Positions 13,301 to 27,250 of a stretch of 64,000 bases of DNA are shown here, in pieces. The first letter of the stretch is position 1, and each line of letters opens with the position of its first letter. Source of the DNA: Podarcis bocagei. Taxonomy: Eukaryota. The notes beneath the pieces are model-generated. The model was not told the DNA's origin, did not search any database, and saw only the letters and a list, made by a program, of their open reading frames with translations. A program made the translations under genes and the position numbers. Location of the stretch: the NCBI GenBank assembly GCA_964188305.1, contig OZ076890.1; one strand, written 5' to 3'.

Positions 13301-14703
13301 CTAGACATGCTGGGTTCTGTGTTATATTCTTTTGTTCTGCATTTCCTGTTATATTTTATTGTTTTGTCTGTTTGTTCTTTCTTTGTTTTATCCTTAGGAA
13401 GAGTAGGGTACAAATGATTTTAAATAAACATATGGACCACTGAATTCCATGAGATTTAATCCTTAGTAAGTGTGTGTAGCTTTGCAATCTAGATCTACTT
13501 AGTTTTCCTTTGTGTGTAAGTATGCAATGAGATTTGCGATCAGTTGCTGAAGCATTAATAGCCTGGACTGATTATCCTGGCATAGGCCTTTCTAGCTTTT
13601 TATTGGGAATATAACGTTTTGCTTAAAGGATGAGTTTAAGATTGTTTATTGACAATTAAAGTTCTTTATGGGATTCAGGGAGGCAATGAAACAGCTGGGT
13701 GAAAGAAGAGATAGGCTATATAGTTAGTCTCTGTACGCCCACTACCAGAAAAACCACAAAGGGTTTCTGATGTTAGAGGAAAGAGAACAGATTAGTTGTA
13801 ACAGTATTAAGATTGGAAATAAAAAATCAAATTATGTCTTGTGTGAACCATATCAAAGTGTCTTGGTTACTGCGAAAGACATTTAAAAACAGGAAGTCAA
13901 TAATTTAATTTAATGTTTGCGTACTGTTACCCTGCCGTAGAAACTAAGATTTGAGAAAAGACCTACAGTAATTGGCTGATTGATATCCCACAGACTTTTA
14001 AATGCATCTGTGGGGTTATTGTTTTGTTGTTTTGGTTTAATTATTTGCTTGTATTTTATTCGGTGAACCGCTCTGGGATCTCTTGATGAAGAGTGGTATA
14101 TAAATTTACAAAGGCCTATACCACTTCTGACATGCATATGTTGAAACCCACTAGTATATAATGATATATAACTGTTCAAGAGTAGCAGCAGTAGTAGTCA
14201 AATTAAATATCCACAAATTAAACAGTTTTACTCTGACATAATGTTTAGGTGTTAATAACACTAGGTGGCAAAATACAACTCATCTCCTCAGAAAATGGAA
14301 AAGTAAAGTAAATGTCACATTTATCCATCTTTACCATGAGTATTATAACACCACCAACTAAACAGGCAGAGCAATCCTAACAGTACCTGAAAGGGCAATG
14401 GAGCAGGGAGGCACTACCACATCCAAAGCTTGCTAATTTGGGTGGAAAGTAGGGACATTGGAGGAGGTTCACCACTATATTGAGGCTGGCATAGCAAAAG
14501 GACCCTTTTTGTGGACCGAGGGGTGGCCTCCACAACCGTGGATTTTTCCTGTTAGCAGAGGAGTCTTTCTACCCAATCCTAACCGGCTTCAGGAATGCAG
14601 ACGGGGGCCTTCTTAAATCCACCAATCACTTGCATCAGTGGAGAACTTCTGATGAAATGTCTTCTTTTCCTTTTCATGCATGACTTTTCTTTTCCTTTAC
14701 TTG

Positions 14704-15157
14704 TGTCATGGCTCAGCTGGAGAATTCTTCAACCTAGATGACCCTGTTCCTTAGTGAAGCCTACAACCTGACTATATCTGGGAATGCGGAAGAGTTGGAA
14801 CCCTTGTAGAAGCCAGCATACAGCGGGGCAGCAGAGCATAGCCCTGAGCCTGCATGAGCGACAGTATCTTAAATGGAGAAGTCAAGTCTCTGCATGAACA
14901 AAGTCCTCCCCATGAGAAGACCTCTCTTTGATGCCAGCTGATGGAATTCAGCTGGACCCTGAGTGTAATTCTAGCAGTTCTAGGGGGGGGGGAAGGCTGG
15001 AACAGTGTATTTCCACAAGACCTGTACTTTACCTCAATAGTGACCTCTGTGGTAGGATACAGAACTGCTTCCTGACCTTGCCCGAATGGCTAGCTGTGTA
15101 TCCAGTCCCTTGACTGTTGTGGACCCCCTGCAACTGGAGCCTGGCCTGAACAGAACA
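14704..15157 (+). mobile_element. Probable old solo LTR (454 bp)
   Basis: TGTCA...AACA ends flanked by acttg / gcttg (5-bp TSD with one mismatch). GC-elevated interior; same size class as the other two solo LTRs. Confidence 0.5.
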
Positions 15158-16544
15158 GCTTGTATTTCCCCCCACTATTAGAGCATAAACATTATTTCCC
15201 TCTGTGACTATCTCTCTAAACACTGAATGTTGCTCTATGTACAGCTTATTGTGCACATGCTTATCATTTCATTATTTCCTCCTTCCACCCTCCAATATCC
15301 AATGTTCTTCCTGCAGAGTTCAAAACAATACATTCTGTGTTCAGTGATTGTAATCATACCTGTTATGACAGGAACTCAAGAATAAAGGTGATTTAGATGG
15401 TTTTCAGTAAACATTTGCAGCTCTACACAATTATTGTTATTCAATTTCTTAGGGAGCCCCTGCAGGGCAGTGAAAGTCATTTTTATTTATAGCTCAAAGA
15501 AAAAGAAGAAACTTTCTATAGATAAAAGAAGAATTTGCCAAGTTTAAAAATTGTTTTAAAATTGCCAGGTTTTTAAAAAAATATGCTTGCTTGTTTTCGC
15601 ACATACTCCCCTAAGGCTTTGAATAATTGCTTTCCGAAAAAGATCCTTAAGGGAAGCTGCATTTACAGCACGCTCCTATCCTTTCAAGTAACTGTTGTAG
15701 CAGGCAGATTCTTACACAAGAGCTACCTCAGCAGCATATGCTAAACAGAAAGAGCACCACACAGCCTAAACAAAATGTTTCAAGTCCTATTAATATCAAC
15801 AGACGTTAAGCATGTGTATTGCTCTCGCATCAAAATCAGTTATTGCTGGACTAAAACTTCCAGCACCCCTGACCATTCGCCACACTGGCTGAGGTCGATG
15901 GACATCTAAAGGGCTACAAATCCCCCAACTGTGATACAGAGCTTATTTCTGCCCATTTGGATCCCATCCAATTCTGGATCTGGCATATTTAAGCATACAT
16001 AATTTTTTTCTTGCTGCAGTTCCTACCCAGCTTAAGGATAAATTGTGATGTATTTATTTAAAATATATATCCTGCTTTTTACTATGTAGGAGGTATCAAA
16101 GTGGCTAACAACAATAAAATACAAAATAAATTTCAGAACATAAACCAAACCTCCAAAATTTTAAACCACAAGAATTTAAAATCTTTTAATAAAAAAATGA
16201 TGGAAGCAAACAAGACGAAATGGTAGTATACAGGACCCTGCAGAGTCTCTGCTGATCTCTTGATTCCCTACCCTTGGAATAGGCCAAGACAACTGAAGGC
16301 TTGTAAACCAGTTGCAACCCTCTGCCTATTTGTTCCTTTTAGGAGAATGGCACAAATACCTATTGTTTGTGCACAGCCCATCTGCACCCAAGACTCTTTC
16401 ATTGGTGTGAATTGCTGGGAGAGTGAAAACCTTGTGTGTGATTACATTAAACAATGAGAAAAGGTGCAAAAACAAAGCCAGGAATAGGGAAGAGAAGACA
16501 TGAAGTGCAAACAGATGAAAGTGTGCTAGGGGTTACAGAGAACC

Positions 16545-16592
16545 CGGTGGGGAAAGTCTTTTCCAACTCAACAATTCTATGATTCTATGAAA
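16545..16592 (+). mobile_element. CR1 LINE extreme 3' tail
   Basis: ttccaactcaacaattctatgattctatga is the CR1 (ATTCTATG)n terminus. Confidence 0.6.
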
Positions 16593-17781
16593 GGTGTCTG
16601 AGAGATGTTGCAGAAAGGTGTGTGGTGAGGTACCAGAGAAAGGGGAGCAACCGATGGGGAGCAGAGATGGGGCACAGAGAGAAACATGGGGGGGGGGTAT
16701 ATGGTACGACTGCAGCAAAGCCTGTGAATGAGGTGAGAGTTATGAGGCTGAAAGTGCAGAAAGTAAGAAAACAGCTATGGGGTGGATAGAGCAAAGGCAG
16801 CAAAGAGGTTCGGAGAGACTTGCAGCGATGCTGAGAGAGACATGAGTAAATGCCATGAGGGGCAAGAAGTAAAAGAGAATTGACCCCCCCCCCCAAAAAA
16901 AAAGGTTAAAAAGAAAACAACAAATCAGATTGTTTTGTTAAACGCCAAGGTCATTTTTACTACCATGTGTTTAACATTGCTATGTGACCCTTGACTTAGT
17001 AAAAATAAATGCTGCCCTTGAAATTGTATATATAATGCACTTTTCAGTCAGGGACTCCTTGACACTGCTAGCTTCCTGCCCTGTTCTCACACAATGAGAT
17101 AAAGTTCTTCCTAGAACAGAATCAAAGCAACAACATCTTTTTCCTGTATCAATACTTAATTTGATTTAATCTTTTTTTATTAAATTTCTTTTAATCAAGA
17201 TTTAAGTTTCACAAGTTCTCCCATGGGGCATTTCAGAATATTGCCCACACTCCTTTCAACAGACAGTGCCTAATAACTTAGCTTCACGTTTATATAAGGA
17301 GCTATGCACCCAGTAAGCACATAGGGAGTCTGGTACCTGGACAGTGACAGGCTGGTATTTCCCAAGCTAGTAACTAAGCCTCCATGGAGCCAGGAAATCC
17401 TGGTGATAAGAACCTGTAATATTTTGCCCTTGTCAAAATATTCTGAACTTGTTTAGATATTTAGGTAGTTTGCACTGGCCTTAAAAGGCAGCATTTTGTC
17501 ACAGCTGTTGACTCCTCCCTGAAACTTACCTGGACGTCCAGTTTAACACAAGTGGAATACACTAAGTATTGTTATTTCTCTGGATTTGGAATTGAAAAGA
17601 ATTTTTTTTAACGCAACCAAAGCAACATGATTACAAAGTCTTTCAGATGGTAATTGCTCTTTTTCTTCTTCATTTTTCTACTACAAACCCACCCATGTGT
17701 AGGGTTGTCCAAAAAGTGAATACCACCTGTAAAAAGATCGTCGGAACACTTCTTCAGGTATATAGGTGAATGTTTAATTAC

Positions 17782-17946
17782 CTTGATGTCAAAAGCCCCG
17801 GGTTGGCCCACTTGGTTGTAAAGCTCCAATTGTTCTTTGATGGGAGAGAGCCACAATTTCAGCTGACTTAACTGTTGTTCAAGCTGGTTCAAATTATTTA
17901 GCAGGTGCTCAATTTCTTTCTGTTTCTCAGGCAGATCTTTGGATAC
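17782..17946 (-). CDS. DMD: Dystrophin exon 48 ortholog (165 nt; human is 186 nt)
   Basis: VSKDLPEKQKEIEHLLNNLNQLEQQLSQLKLWLSPIKEQLELYNQVGQPGAFDIK (55 aa). Acceptor taaaaag|GTA, donor AAG|gtaatt. Confidence 0.96.
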
Positions 17947-19865
17947 CTTTTTAAAAACAGAAGAAAATCATTTGCTTGGATGAAACTGCAATTCTGCTGC
18001 ACACATAGCATAATGCTATGTACATAAATTATGCTCTGTACAAAACTTACATTCTTTATAAACATTAACTGGGAGTCTGATTAGCCCAAAAGGTTTAATA
18101 ACTGAATAATAGTGGCTATGATCAAGAGAAAACTAGGGATACCTAAGTCCCATTGAAATCAATGAGATTTATACCACAGTTAAGCTCTTAAACCTCATTG
18201 ATTTAAGTTGGATTATATATTACTGCTTTTCTCAGGATGTGCTCTAGTCTATGGCATTTCAAAATAAAAAGGAGTGTCTCTATGTTATTAAAAAGTAATT
18301 GCTCCGGTGATGGGTGTGGGGGAGAAATTGTGTTGCGGCACAGTGGTGGCTGAAAAACAGGACACAGCTTTATTCCAAATACTTTCAGTTGGTTTGCTGT
18401 ATGGGCCAGAGATTTTGGCTTTAACTTGCATTGTCAGACTGCAGCGAGGCAGCTTCTACAGTGGCCCAGTCCAACTGCTGGGTAAATCTGTAATGCCTAT
18501 ATCTATGAAACAGCATAGGAAATATGAGGCTTATCAAAGGAAAGGTAATAGTCCCACTATATGATTCATGCCTGAGGGCTGGACAAGACCACACAAACTC
18601 AGCTAAGTTTGACTCAAATGTAACCCACTGAAATTAATGAACATTACTAAGTTAGGTCCATTTATTTCAGTGGAATTACTCTGAGTAAAACTTAGCTGAA
18701 CAGCACCCATTGCTGCAGAACAGGCTTCTAGAACAGCACACAAACAGGCCCTTGTCCAAGCTCAGCAGCTGCCTTTAGACATTTTATCGTCCTATAAAAC
18801 AGAAAAATATTACAACATGCATTTAAGGCATTGTATAGTTCTGAAGGAACCACAAGTAACTGAGAAGGGGACTTTTGTGTACTGTATCTATAAAAAATAA
18901 CAACTTTTTAATTTAAAAATACCTTTATTTTGAAAATTTGTATACAATATACACAATATGAAAATACAAGTACAGCATAATAAGTTCTGCATCTCATGCA
19001 CATGCAGTACTCGTGTCTGTACTCTTCAGAAAGAGCAACGTCAATCCCAGCAGTCAAAGTATACCAGGTGAAGATCAAATCATACTGATAAGTTAAAATT
19101 CCTCAAAATTAAATTTTAAGAAAACGATTAGCTGTGTTCTACATGTCAACTTTATGCAGAAGCTGGAAGGATGAACATCTCATTTATATCACCTCATATG
19201 TAGGTAAGAAGGAAGTAGTTAGGTTTATTTACTCTCTGTGCCTATTAGTGCCAAGCTGGACACGATAACTGTGCAAATGAAACTGACATGCATGATTTTA
19301 AATAATATAAAATTGACAGTAAGTAGCAGCTGCAGATGATCCAGAGTATCACAGGAATGCCAGTGGGTAGGGGGAGAAAAATTTATTTTCCTCCCACCTG
19401 TACCTCCAAATGTGATCCTGCTGAAACTCACCCCATCCCCAAAGCTGATATTTGCATTGTGAGGACTGACTCCATTGGTATTCCACACTGATGAACACTC
19501 TGGGCTGTATATTAACAATGCTGCGAACTAAATAGATAATTTGAATATGAAGACATCCATCTGAAGTTGATTAGAGATTTAGGGATTTGGGGTGTAAACT
19601 AATGGGTCATCTTGCACTCATGAAATAACTTTTGATCCATTAGATGCTCCCCTCCGCCATGGCACTTTCTACATTGTTCTGAACAATCCTCTAAATTTCT
19701 GGAGCTGATTTGGTGGTGGTGGGCTGTAGGTAGAAGTGGGAGTTAGCAAAAATTCTCTCCCCTATATTCTTCTGATGGTAAATGCATCCACTGGCATCTG
19801 TGTTCATAGGCACAAATCTGATTGCACCACTAACAGTTCTTCAGGCTTTGTTGAGGATTCCTTTC

Positions 19866-19945
19866 TAAGAACATAAAGAAGAGCCTCTTGGATCAGACCA
19901 ATGGCCCACTTAGTCCAGCATCCTGTCATCACAGTGGCCAACCAG
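19866..19945 (-). mobile_element. CR1-family 3' end fragment
   Basis: Reverse complement of the tail seen at 36950-37040 (ggttggccactgtg...caggatgctggactaagtgggccattggtctgatcc...ctcttctttatgttctta). Confidence 0.7.
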
Positions 19946-20124
19946 TGAGTATTCTGAAGTATATGCACGTAATAAATCCCTAAATACAATTTATTATAGT
20001 CACATGGAACCTGTTGCATAGTTACAACTTCGGGAATCTTGTGGTAGGTACAGACAGAGCCAATCTAAATGATTATTAATGCACTTTTAAAGCTAGAGTC
20101 ACTGTCAGAGGTTTTATTTTTATA

Positions 20125-20350
20125 CAGTGGTACCTTGGGTTAAGTACTTAATTCGTTCCAGAGGTCCGTTCTTAACCTGAAACTGTTCTTAACCTGAAGC
20201 ACCACTTTAGCTAATGGGGCCTCCTGCTGCTGGCGCGGCGCCAGAGTACGATTTCTGTTCTCATCCTGAAGCAAAGTTCTTAAACTGAAGCACTATTTCT
20301 GGGTTAGCAGAGTCTGTAACGTGAAGCGTATGTAACCTGAGGTACCACTG
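20125..20350. mobile_element. Tc1/mariner-superfamily MITE, family A copy 2
   Basis: TA|cagtggtaccttgggtta ... taacctgaggtaccactg|TA; homologous to 1028-1236 in the opposite orientation. Confidence 0.9.
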
Positions 20351-23300
20351 TATTTTAATGTGTATACTGTTTTTACCCTCCTCCCCAATTTGGGCAAATA
20401 TGAGCCAAGTTTAAGTTCGAGGTGTTTCCAAATGTCAACGTTTGATAAATGGTTGTTCTGAAATCATACTTTTATCTGCTTATTTTCTATTGCATTTGTA
20501 TCTAAAAGGGAAAAATTGTTGTTGGCATCTGTCTGACTTGAGAGTCAGTGGAGTGCACCTCTCAAAGTGAACTCAAACCACTTAAAAAAAGGTTTAGGGA
20601 AAACAGGTTTGGTTGAAGATGAACTAGACATAATTGTAAGTTGCATTAATAAGGTAGCAATGAAAACTATGGACCAGACACCAGTTTAAAAACACAGTAA
20701 CATTAACATCAATGCTCAGCGATTTAAACCTCTCAAGTTTTCCACCAGCTATAGATCCTGCAAGTCTATTTAATTTTCAGAAATTTAGCAATACACACTT
20801 CAACTGTAGCTGGTGGGAAAGAATGATCATTACCACACATGCTCTTTGACCAGTCTTCTACATATAGTTCTTACAAAATAATTGATATCAATCTTAACAT
20901 CAAAGCACTACTTTAGGTAAGATTAATTAATTAGTCTAAAACATTTGAAAAATCTGAACTTTAAACATGTTAGTTTAGGAATTAATTAAGGTAAGTTAAT
21001 TGAAATCTTAGCAAATGAATAATTCAAAAGATTTAAACTCTGTATTTGGTAGTAGCTAAAGGTCTTAACTTTATATAAATTCTCCCAGTTCTTCACAAGA
21101 ATATTCATTATTACTGCAGCCTTGCAATTATGCTACAGCAATCTTCATTCCCTTAATCCTGCACAGCTAAATAGTCATAATTTTATTGTGGGTACTAATA
21201 TTTCCTCTTTACTTAACAAAATGTCACCCAAAATTATATAACTGAACAGGGAATTAAATATGAATAATGGGTTATGACATGAGATTTTGGTTTCCTTTTA
21301 CAGCTACAAGTATTATTCTCTATCATCCATTTCCGCTTTCACAGAGCCAAAAGCCATTAAATGCCTTTTTGCCCACAGATAAATCTAATTTCATCAGATG
21401 AGAAAGCTGCAAGTCTTTCTTTCAAACTTGGATTTGGCAAATGACATTAATCCCTTTATAACCTCCAGATTAACCACTACTGCAACCCCACTAACTAGGG
21501 TTAGGAGTCACTAGGTGAACATGACTTCAGTACTCCATACATCGAGGGCTGCATTTCCTCAGAGGTAGTTGCTTGCAGAACTAGCAGTGGGTGCACCCAA
21601 AATCAATCATGGGTTGCTTGAAGCCAAAGGTGGGCAGAACTACTTCCCCTCACCCCAGCTCTGAAAAATGGGTTAGTTTGAAAGTGTCACTCTCTTCTCT
21701 CCCCCCCCCCCACAAATGAAGAAGCATAGCCCTACCTTCTTTTCCATCTATTAATCCAGCTTCCCACTTCTATGGTATTTGAAAAAGTTTTGGGTCTGCA
21801 GATGCAGCAATGTGAAAGGCTGGCACAGTGTGAATCTGCTGAAGAAGACCTTTGCATGTGGAAGTTTATGCCACAATAACCCAGTTAGTCTCCAGTCTGT
21901 TAAAGCACTAGTGTTACTGTGTTCTGCATATGAAACTTAATAAGAATGTACCACTGAACAAGTTACTGTAGTTATGTGTTGCTCTTGTATTTAAACAAAA
22001 ACATTTTTTTTCTTTTTGTGGGGGGAGCACTAGTGTGTCATATTGCTGCTATAATCATTGGTAATCTTCTGGAACTTTTATTATTATTACACTTGTATAC
22101 CACCATCCAACCATGTTCTCTGGACAGTTTCCATGAACAATAAAATACACTCTCGCAATTCACAATATTTGAACTGAATGAAGCTATGAATTGAAGTTGT
22201 TTATAGGTAATCATGAAAATATCAAGATAAACACAAAGGCATCAAAATTTTAAGGTACAAAATAAAACCTAGAAAACTGTAGTGGAAGCCCCCTCTTTAT
22301 CCTCTTTTAGATTGCAATGCCAAGCAGCGCCAGAGCTTTCATTAGACAAACTAAGGCAATTGAGGCACAGTAGATTCAGACCTCAGAGCCCTAACCAGCT
22401 GTCCCAGCCACCTGTCTCTTGGAGGTCTTTTAAAAATAATTTAGCTGCAAATTTTAGAAAGCATAACATTTCAATAATTGAAGCATGGGTGATTATTAAA
22501 ATTGCCTGACTGCATGCATTCCATCTGATAGGACTAAGTGCAAAAGTTGAAACTATAAAAGAAAGGAGATCCCTTTCAGGCAATGGCACTGAATGAATGT
22601 AAATAGGCAGATTATATAATTGTGAGTAAAATAGTTAATAGCAGGCTGAAGAACACAGTCAAATCCTATTAAAGACACACTCAGCCTAAAGGCTACTTGA
22701 GAAATAGAGATTTTGCTACAAATGTGTTCACACACACACACACGAAAGGAAAGGAAAAGTTCGTTGGGTGGTTGTAATTTTTAAAGATAATATTGTTTTT
22801 CAAAACAGTACTCAAGTCAGGAAAAGCAGGTACATCTCAATTATTTTATTTGTTTCTAGGTCCTCAGTGTGTACATGATATTACAAACTTCTATTTCACC
22901 TTCAGAATATATACTGTTTAGGTTAAACAGCATGACTTAAAGAGATTTGTTTTTGTTCTTGTTTTTATTATGTATTTGTGTTCTCATTGTGTATTTTTAT
23001 GTTGTGAACCCCCGTGAGCTTCAAATGAAGGGTGGTATACAAATTCAATCAATCAAATTAGGTTAAAAATATTAAGCATAGTTATTTGTAACAAAAAAAA
23101 GAAGTGTATGCTATAACCTGGGGACTTTGACTGAGGAAACAGTACAGGAGAAAAGTATTAAGCACCCATTCCTCAGACAAATTAACAGCACTACATGGCT
23201 GCTTCCAAGTGAAAACAAACAACAGAACCAGCCATAAGCACAGGTCTCTCCCACCACACCTAGTTGAACCTTCAGGTAGGTAAATACTGCTTTAGACATC

Positions 23301-26300
23301 TGGCAAACATTACATAGAAATAATCACATTGTGGGTATATCTTGCCAAGATTGAATGTGAATGATCAGTTAAATTACAGCCAGTGCAAATTATACAAACC
23401 ATAGGCTTGTGCACTGACATGTTTTGTTTATTTCCTTGTGGCTGGCTAAAAGAATGGTCCAATGCTTTCCCCAGAGTGGTAGGAAAGGTTCATGCATTAT
23501 AGTCATGCTACTTCACTACAATGCTTCTGCTGAGAATGTAGGTACAACACATCGATTTGCTCTCGCAGTGAATAGCAAAATGGTCTCTTCAATGCCTAGT
23601 AATTATTAGGAAATAAAGAAGCAGATGGAAAAAAGAGCAAAACAAGAATAATCTTGACAACCCACTTCTCTAGAACTAAGGTGGATAAATAAGGAAAACA
23701 CAGCTAGTGGCACCCAGCTTACCTTCATTCGCCTCATCTGCCTCATCCCTCCTGCCTGACATTGGATCAAACATAAGTTTAAAGAGTAATCAACTCCTTC
23801 CGGCAAACCTACGGTTCACTAGCTCCAGGCCCAATCTACAAATGCATTTATTGCACAATAAAAAGCAAGAAAGACATTACAGAACTGTTTCGTGTCCTGG
23901 CAGGTGGTATATGACAAGAACTGCATGCATCACAAAGGCCAGGCTCTTTCCTGTGTTTTGAAGCACCAGGTTTACCCTGCTATAGCAGGAAAAATATAAC
24001 AATTAGGTTGTCTAAGTGATGAAAAAAATCAACTAAAGACACTTAACCTAAATAAAAAAAGTCTGCAATACAGCATAACAATACCTCTATAATTAAAACT
24101 ACTCATAAAGACAGCATTGTTTTCAGACAACACTTTTGTATCAGGGCAATATACAATAAATGACAACACCTAGGTTTTAACATCATGCTTTTGAATGTGA
24201 CCCTTCACCTCTATTCCACTTCACAATTTTACGGATTTTGACAAAATCCAAGTACATACCCTTCAAACATTTTGTAGAAATACAATTTTCAGCTCTGAAA
24301 ATGTGCATTTAAACTATTATTTACATTTTCTGGACTTATAGAGCACAATTCTTGTATAAGTGCAACACTAGTAAATTACTATTATTACTACTTATTAAAT
24401 TTCTAGACCACCTCTTTCATGTTTCTCTTCCATCATGTCAAAGGTGATTACCTCTTCCAAGGCTGATCTGCTGCAACAGCGGAGTCTAGGTCCTGGCAGA
24501 TGCAAACAAATCACAGCGAGATACTTCCAGTTCTGTCACCTCTTTCAGGCCAGAGTGTAAAAGGCCACAAACTACCAAGAAAAGCTCTGTTTCTGCTTTG
24601 TGATGCAGCCAGAAGATGTAGATTGTAGATGTAGATTGGCTACAGGTGCAGAGGTGACAAGACTATTGCTCCTCTCAGCTGCCAGGGCTGACTTGCCTGA
24701 TGGTGAGAGACTCAGCAGGTGCAAGGCTGGCAGGGTGGAGTGTCGCTGCAGATAGTGAGAGATTGAAGTCTTTCTTCTTAATTTCACTCTCCTGTTCACC
24801 TCCTTGCCACAAACAGCAGTCCCTTGGTTCCTGGACCACAGGATGATTCTTCAATATCCATATTAGTTTCTCTTTGATAATCCAGGACTTCATGGTTGTT
24901 ATCAAAATGTGCAGCCATATTTCTTTATTTATAGGTTGGCAGAAAAAGGGTATCTCCATAAATAAAGTTGAGTTCTTCTATAGTGTTCATCCGTCATGAA
25001 CATCTGCTCTGTTGATAATGTGTATTTTGCCGTTTTCTTCTCAGAATTACTGATTTCATCTGAGAGAATCTTAACCATGTAATAGCCTCCATCTGATTGT
25101 ACAGTGTAATATTTAATGGATAAAACTGTGTCCTAAGGCTGTGCTTTTTGAAATGGAATAATATGAGTTCTAACTCTCTTTTTACTGGTTTGCATCACTT
25201 ATATTTTAATCTCTGAGAAATGCAATTTTATGCTATTTTCCCTAACCGATTTAGTATAAGACATTTTTAATACAATCTGGCAAAGAGAACAAAGCTGTCT
25301 CAGTTGCTTCTTATCCATTATCTTTTAGGTTAATAAACTATTATTTTTAATCAGCAATCTGTGATAGTAGAGCATTAGGTTTTCTGCTTAAGTGTTACTA
25401 AAGGACAATCATTATTTCAAAATAATTGTTGGCCCACAGGAAGAAAAACAAAGTACATAATCTCAGAATCAACATTATATGACTCGGGCATATAAAAGCA
25501 GATTTTAAGTACACAAGTAAAAACAAATAAATCCATATGTTGCACTTCAATTTCTTTTCTAGGCTAATGTTATATGCTTAAGGAAACTGTATTTTATTGC
25601 TGTGGATAAAGTTTAATTAGGATTTAGATATGAAAGCTCCGATATGAAAAGTCATAGGTATCATTGCTTCTGCAATATTCTATCCAATCAGACAAAGCTA
25701 TTCTACCAAACCTTATAAAGAGATGCTGGTGGAGTCTAAGGAAGTATAGAGCCACTAAACTCAGGCACATACTTCACCCCTAAAACTATAGATGCCAACA
25801 TGTCAATATAGCAATATTAGAAAAGGGATCAAGAAAACTATTTCATGTACAGTCATGGCGGGGGGGGGGGAGTGCACTCTCTTTGAATCCTGTAGTTTTA
25901 CATATGAAGACATAATGACAATCACCTGTTCCTTAGCAGGTTTTAAAATTAGGTAAATACAATCTCAGATGAACAACACTGCATGACATATTACACTGTG
26001 TCTGTACACCATGACTGTAACTCTGACATACTAATAATGAGATACTACTGCAGAATTGTGGGAAGAACCAGCTGGCCATCTGTGCTGCATCTATTATACC
26101 CCAAAAACATCCAACCAGGGAGGGGGTGGTGGAGCTATAGTGGGTAGGCACAAGCTTTACTAAACTTACTTCCTCACACGATATGAGTCTGGAACAAATG
26201 GCTCTCCTGGCCTACCAGAATTACAATTATGAAGGTCATTAAAAGGGGTGGAGGGAGAGAGTGAAGAGCCACCGAAGAATGTGTATAGATAGCCATAATG

Positions 26301-26979
26301 GCAGAGGTAGGCCATTGTTTGGGCTTGGAGAGGTCAACGTGTATTTACCATCTTCAAGGCACTATACAGATGTGTGCTACATTACTCTAGTTCCTCCTTG
26401 CCCTTTACTATCAGCCTAGAATGCACAAAAGCCTTTTTAAATCAACCTCAGTAGGGCGAGGATAGGGAGGCTTCAAGCTTGTGGATTCTTCTTTGTTTCT
26501 TACTAGTACCCTACAAATTCTGAGCCTCAAGAACTGAAGGGAACTCATAGGCCTCCCACATAAAAATCCATTATTGGTTAGTTTCATTTCAACAGTATAA
26601 TTTAGGAAACGAGAGTCCTTTCGTTGCTACTATTGTTAAAAATCTGGCAGCCAGACATTCTTGCCAATCTTCCAAAATCTCTCAGAGAACTACCAGTAGA
26701 TTCAGACCTTCCTTCTGTGTCCCACCCCCCCGCCCCCCGCCGCTGCAGCATGGTATGAACTGAACCTAAAGTGTGAAGCAAATAACAGGTGCTGCAGAAA
26801 TACAACTTGAAGAAAGAAGTCTATACCAGTGAAGCAACAGTCCACATACAGCAGTGACATGACTCCCCAGTGAAGGAGTGGGAAAGTTTGACTCTCCTCA
26901 AGTTGTCATTACAGGCATGCTTATTTCTTTAGTAAATGAAACGGTACAGATAAATCTGAATTGCATGCTGAAGGAAGTG

Positions 26980-26982
<3 letters not shown>

Positions 26983-27016
<34 letters not shown>
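26983..27016. repeat. (GT)n microsatellite about 85 bp downstream of the exon 47 donor
   Basis: Direct reading; reads (CA)n on the pre-mRNA strand. Confidence 0.95.
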
Positions 27017-27017
<1 letters not shown>

Positions 27018-27100
27018 TGGAAATAACTGCTGAAAAACACTGGAAACACCTGCAACAGATTACAGATACATGCTGCAACACAACTGTTAATATGCCTAAC

Positions 27101-27250
27101 CTTTATCCAGCGATGGTTAGCCTCCTTGAGTCTAGTGTCAAGCTTATGTTTTACTTCAGGGCTCAGTGATGCACTACCAAGTGCTTTTCCTCCAGCTTCA
27201 GTTAATCGTTTCAGTATTCCCTTGTGTGGAGGCAGTTCTTCCACTCTTAA
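27101..27250 (-). CDS. DMD: Dystrophin exon 47 ortholog (150 nt)
   Basis: LRVEELPPHKGILKRLTEAGGKALGSASLSPEVKHKLDTRLKEANHRWIK (human LLVEELPLRQGILKQLNETGG...). Acceptor ttccag|TTA, donor AAG|gttagg. Confidence 0.97.

Noticed and set aside
17530-17781. Perfect donor CAG|GTAAGT 252 nt downstream of the exon 48 donor (possible extended exon or 50-nt pseudoexon)
   Set aside because: The extension hits a stop at 17608-17610 and the 50-nt version is out of frame; a single 9-mer consensus is expected by chance in 64 kb.
24420-25080. Coding-looking minus-strand stretch with several short ORFs in intron 47
   Set aside because: No recognisable motif or homology, frames broken by stops, and no convincing paired splice sites; cannot be called without a database search.
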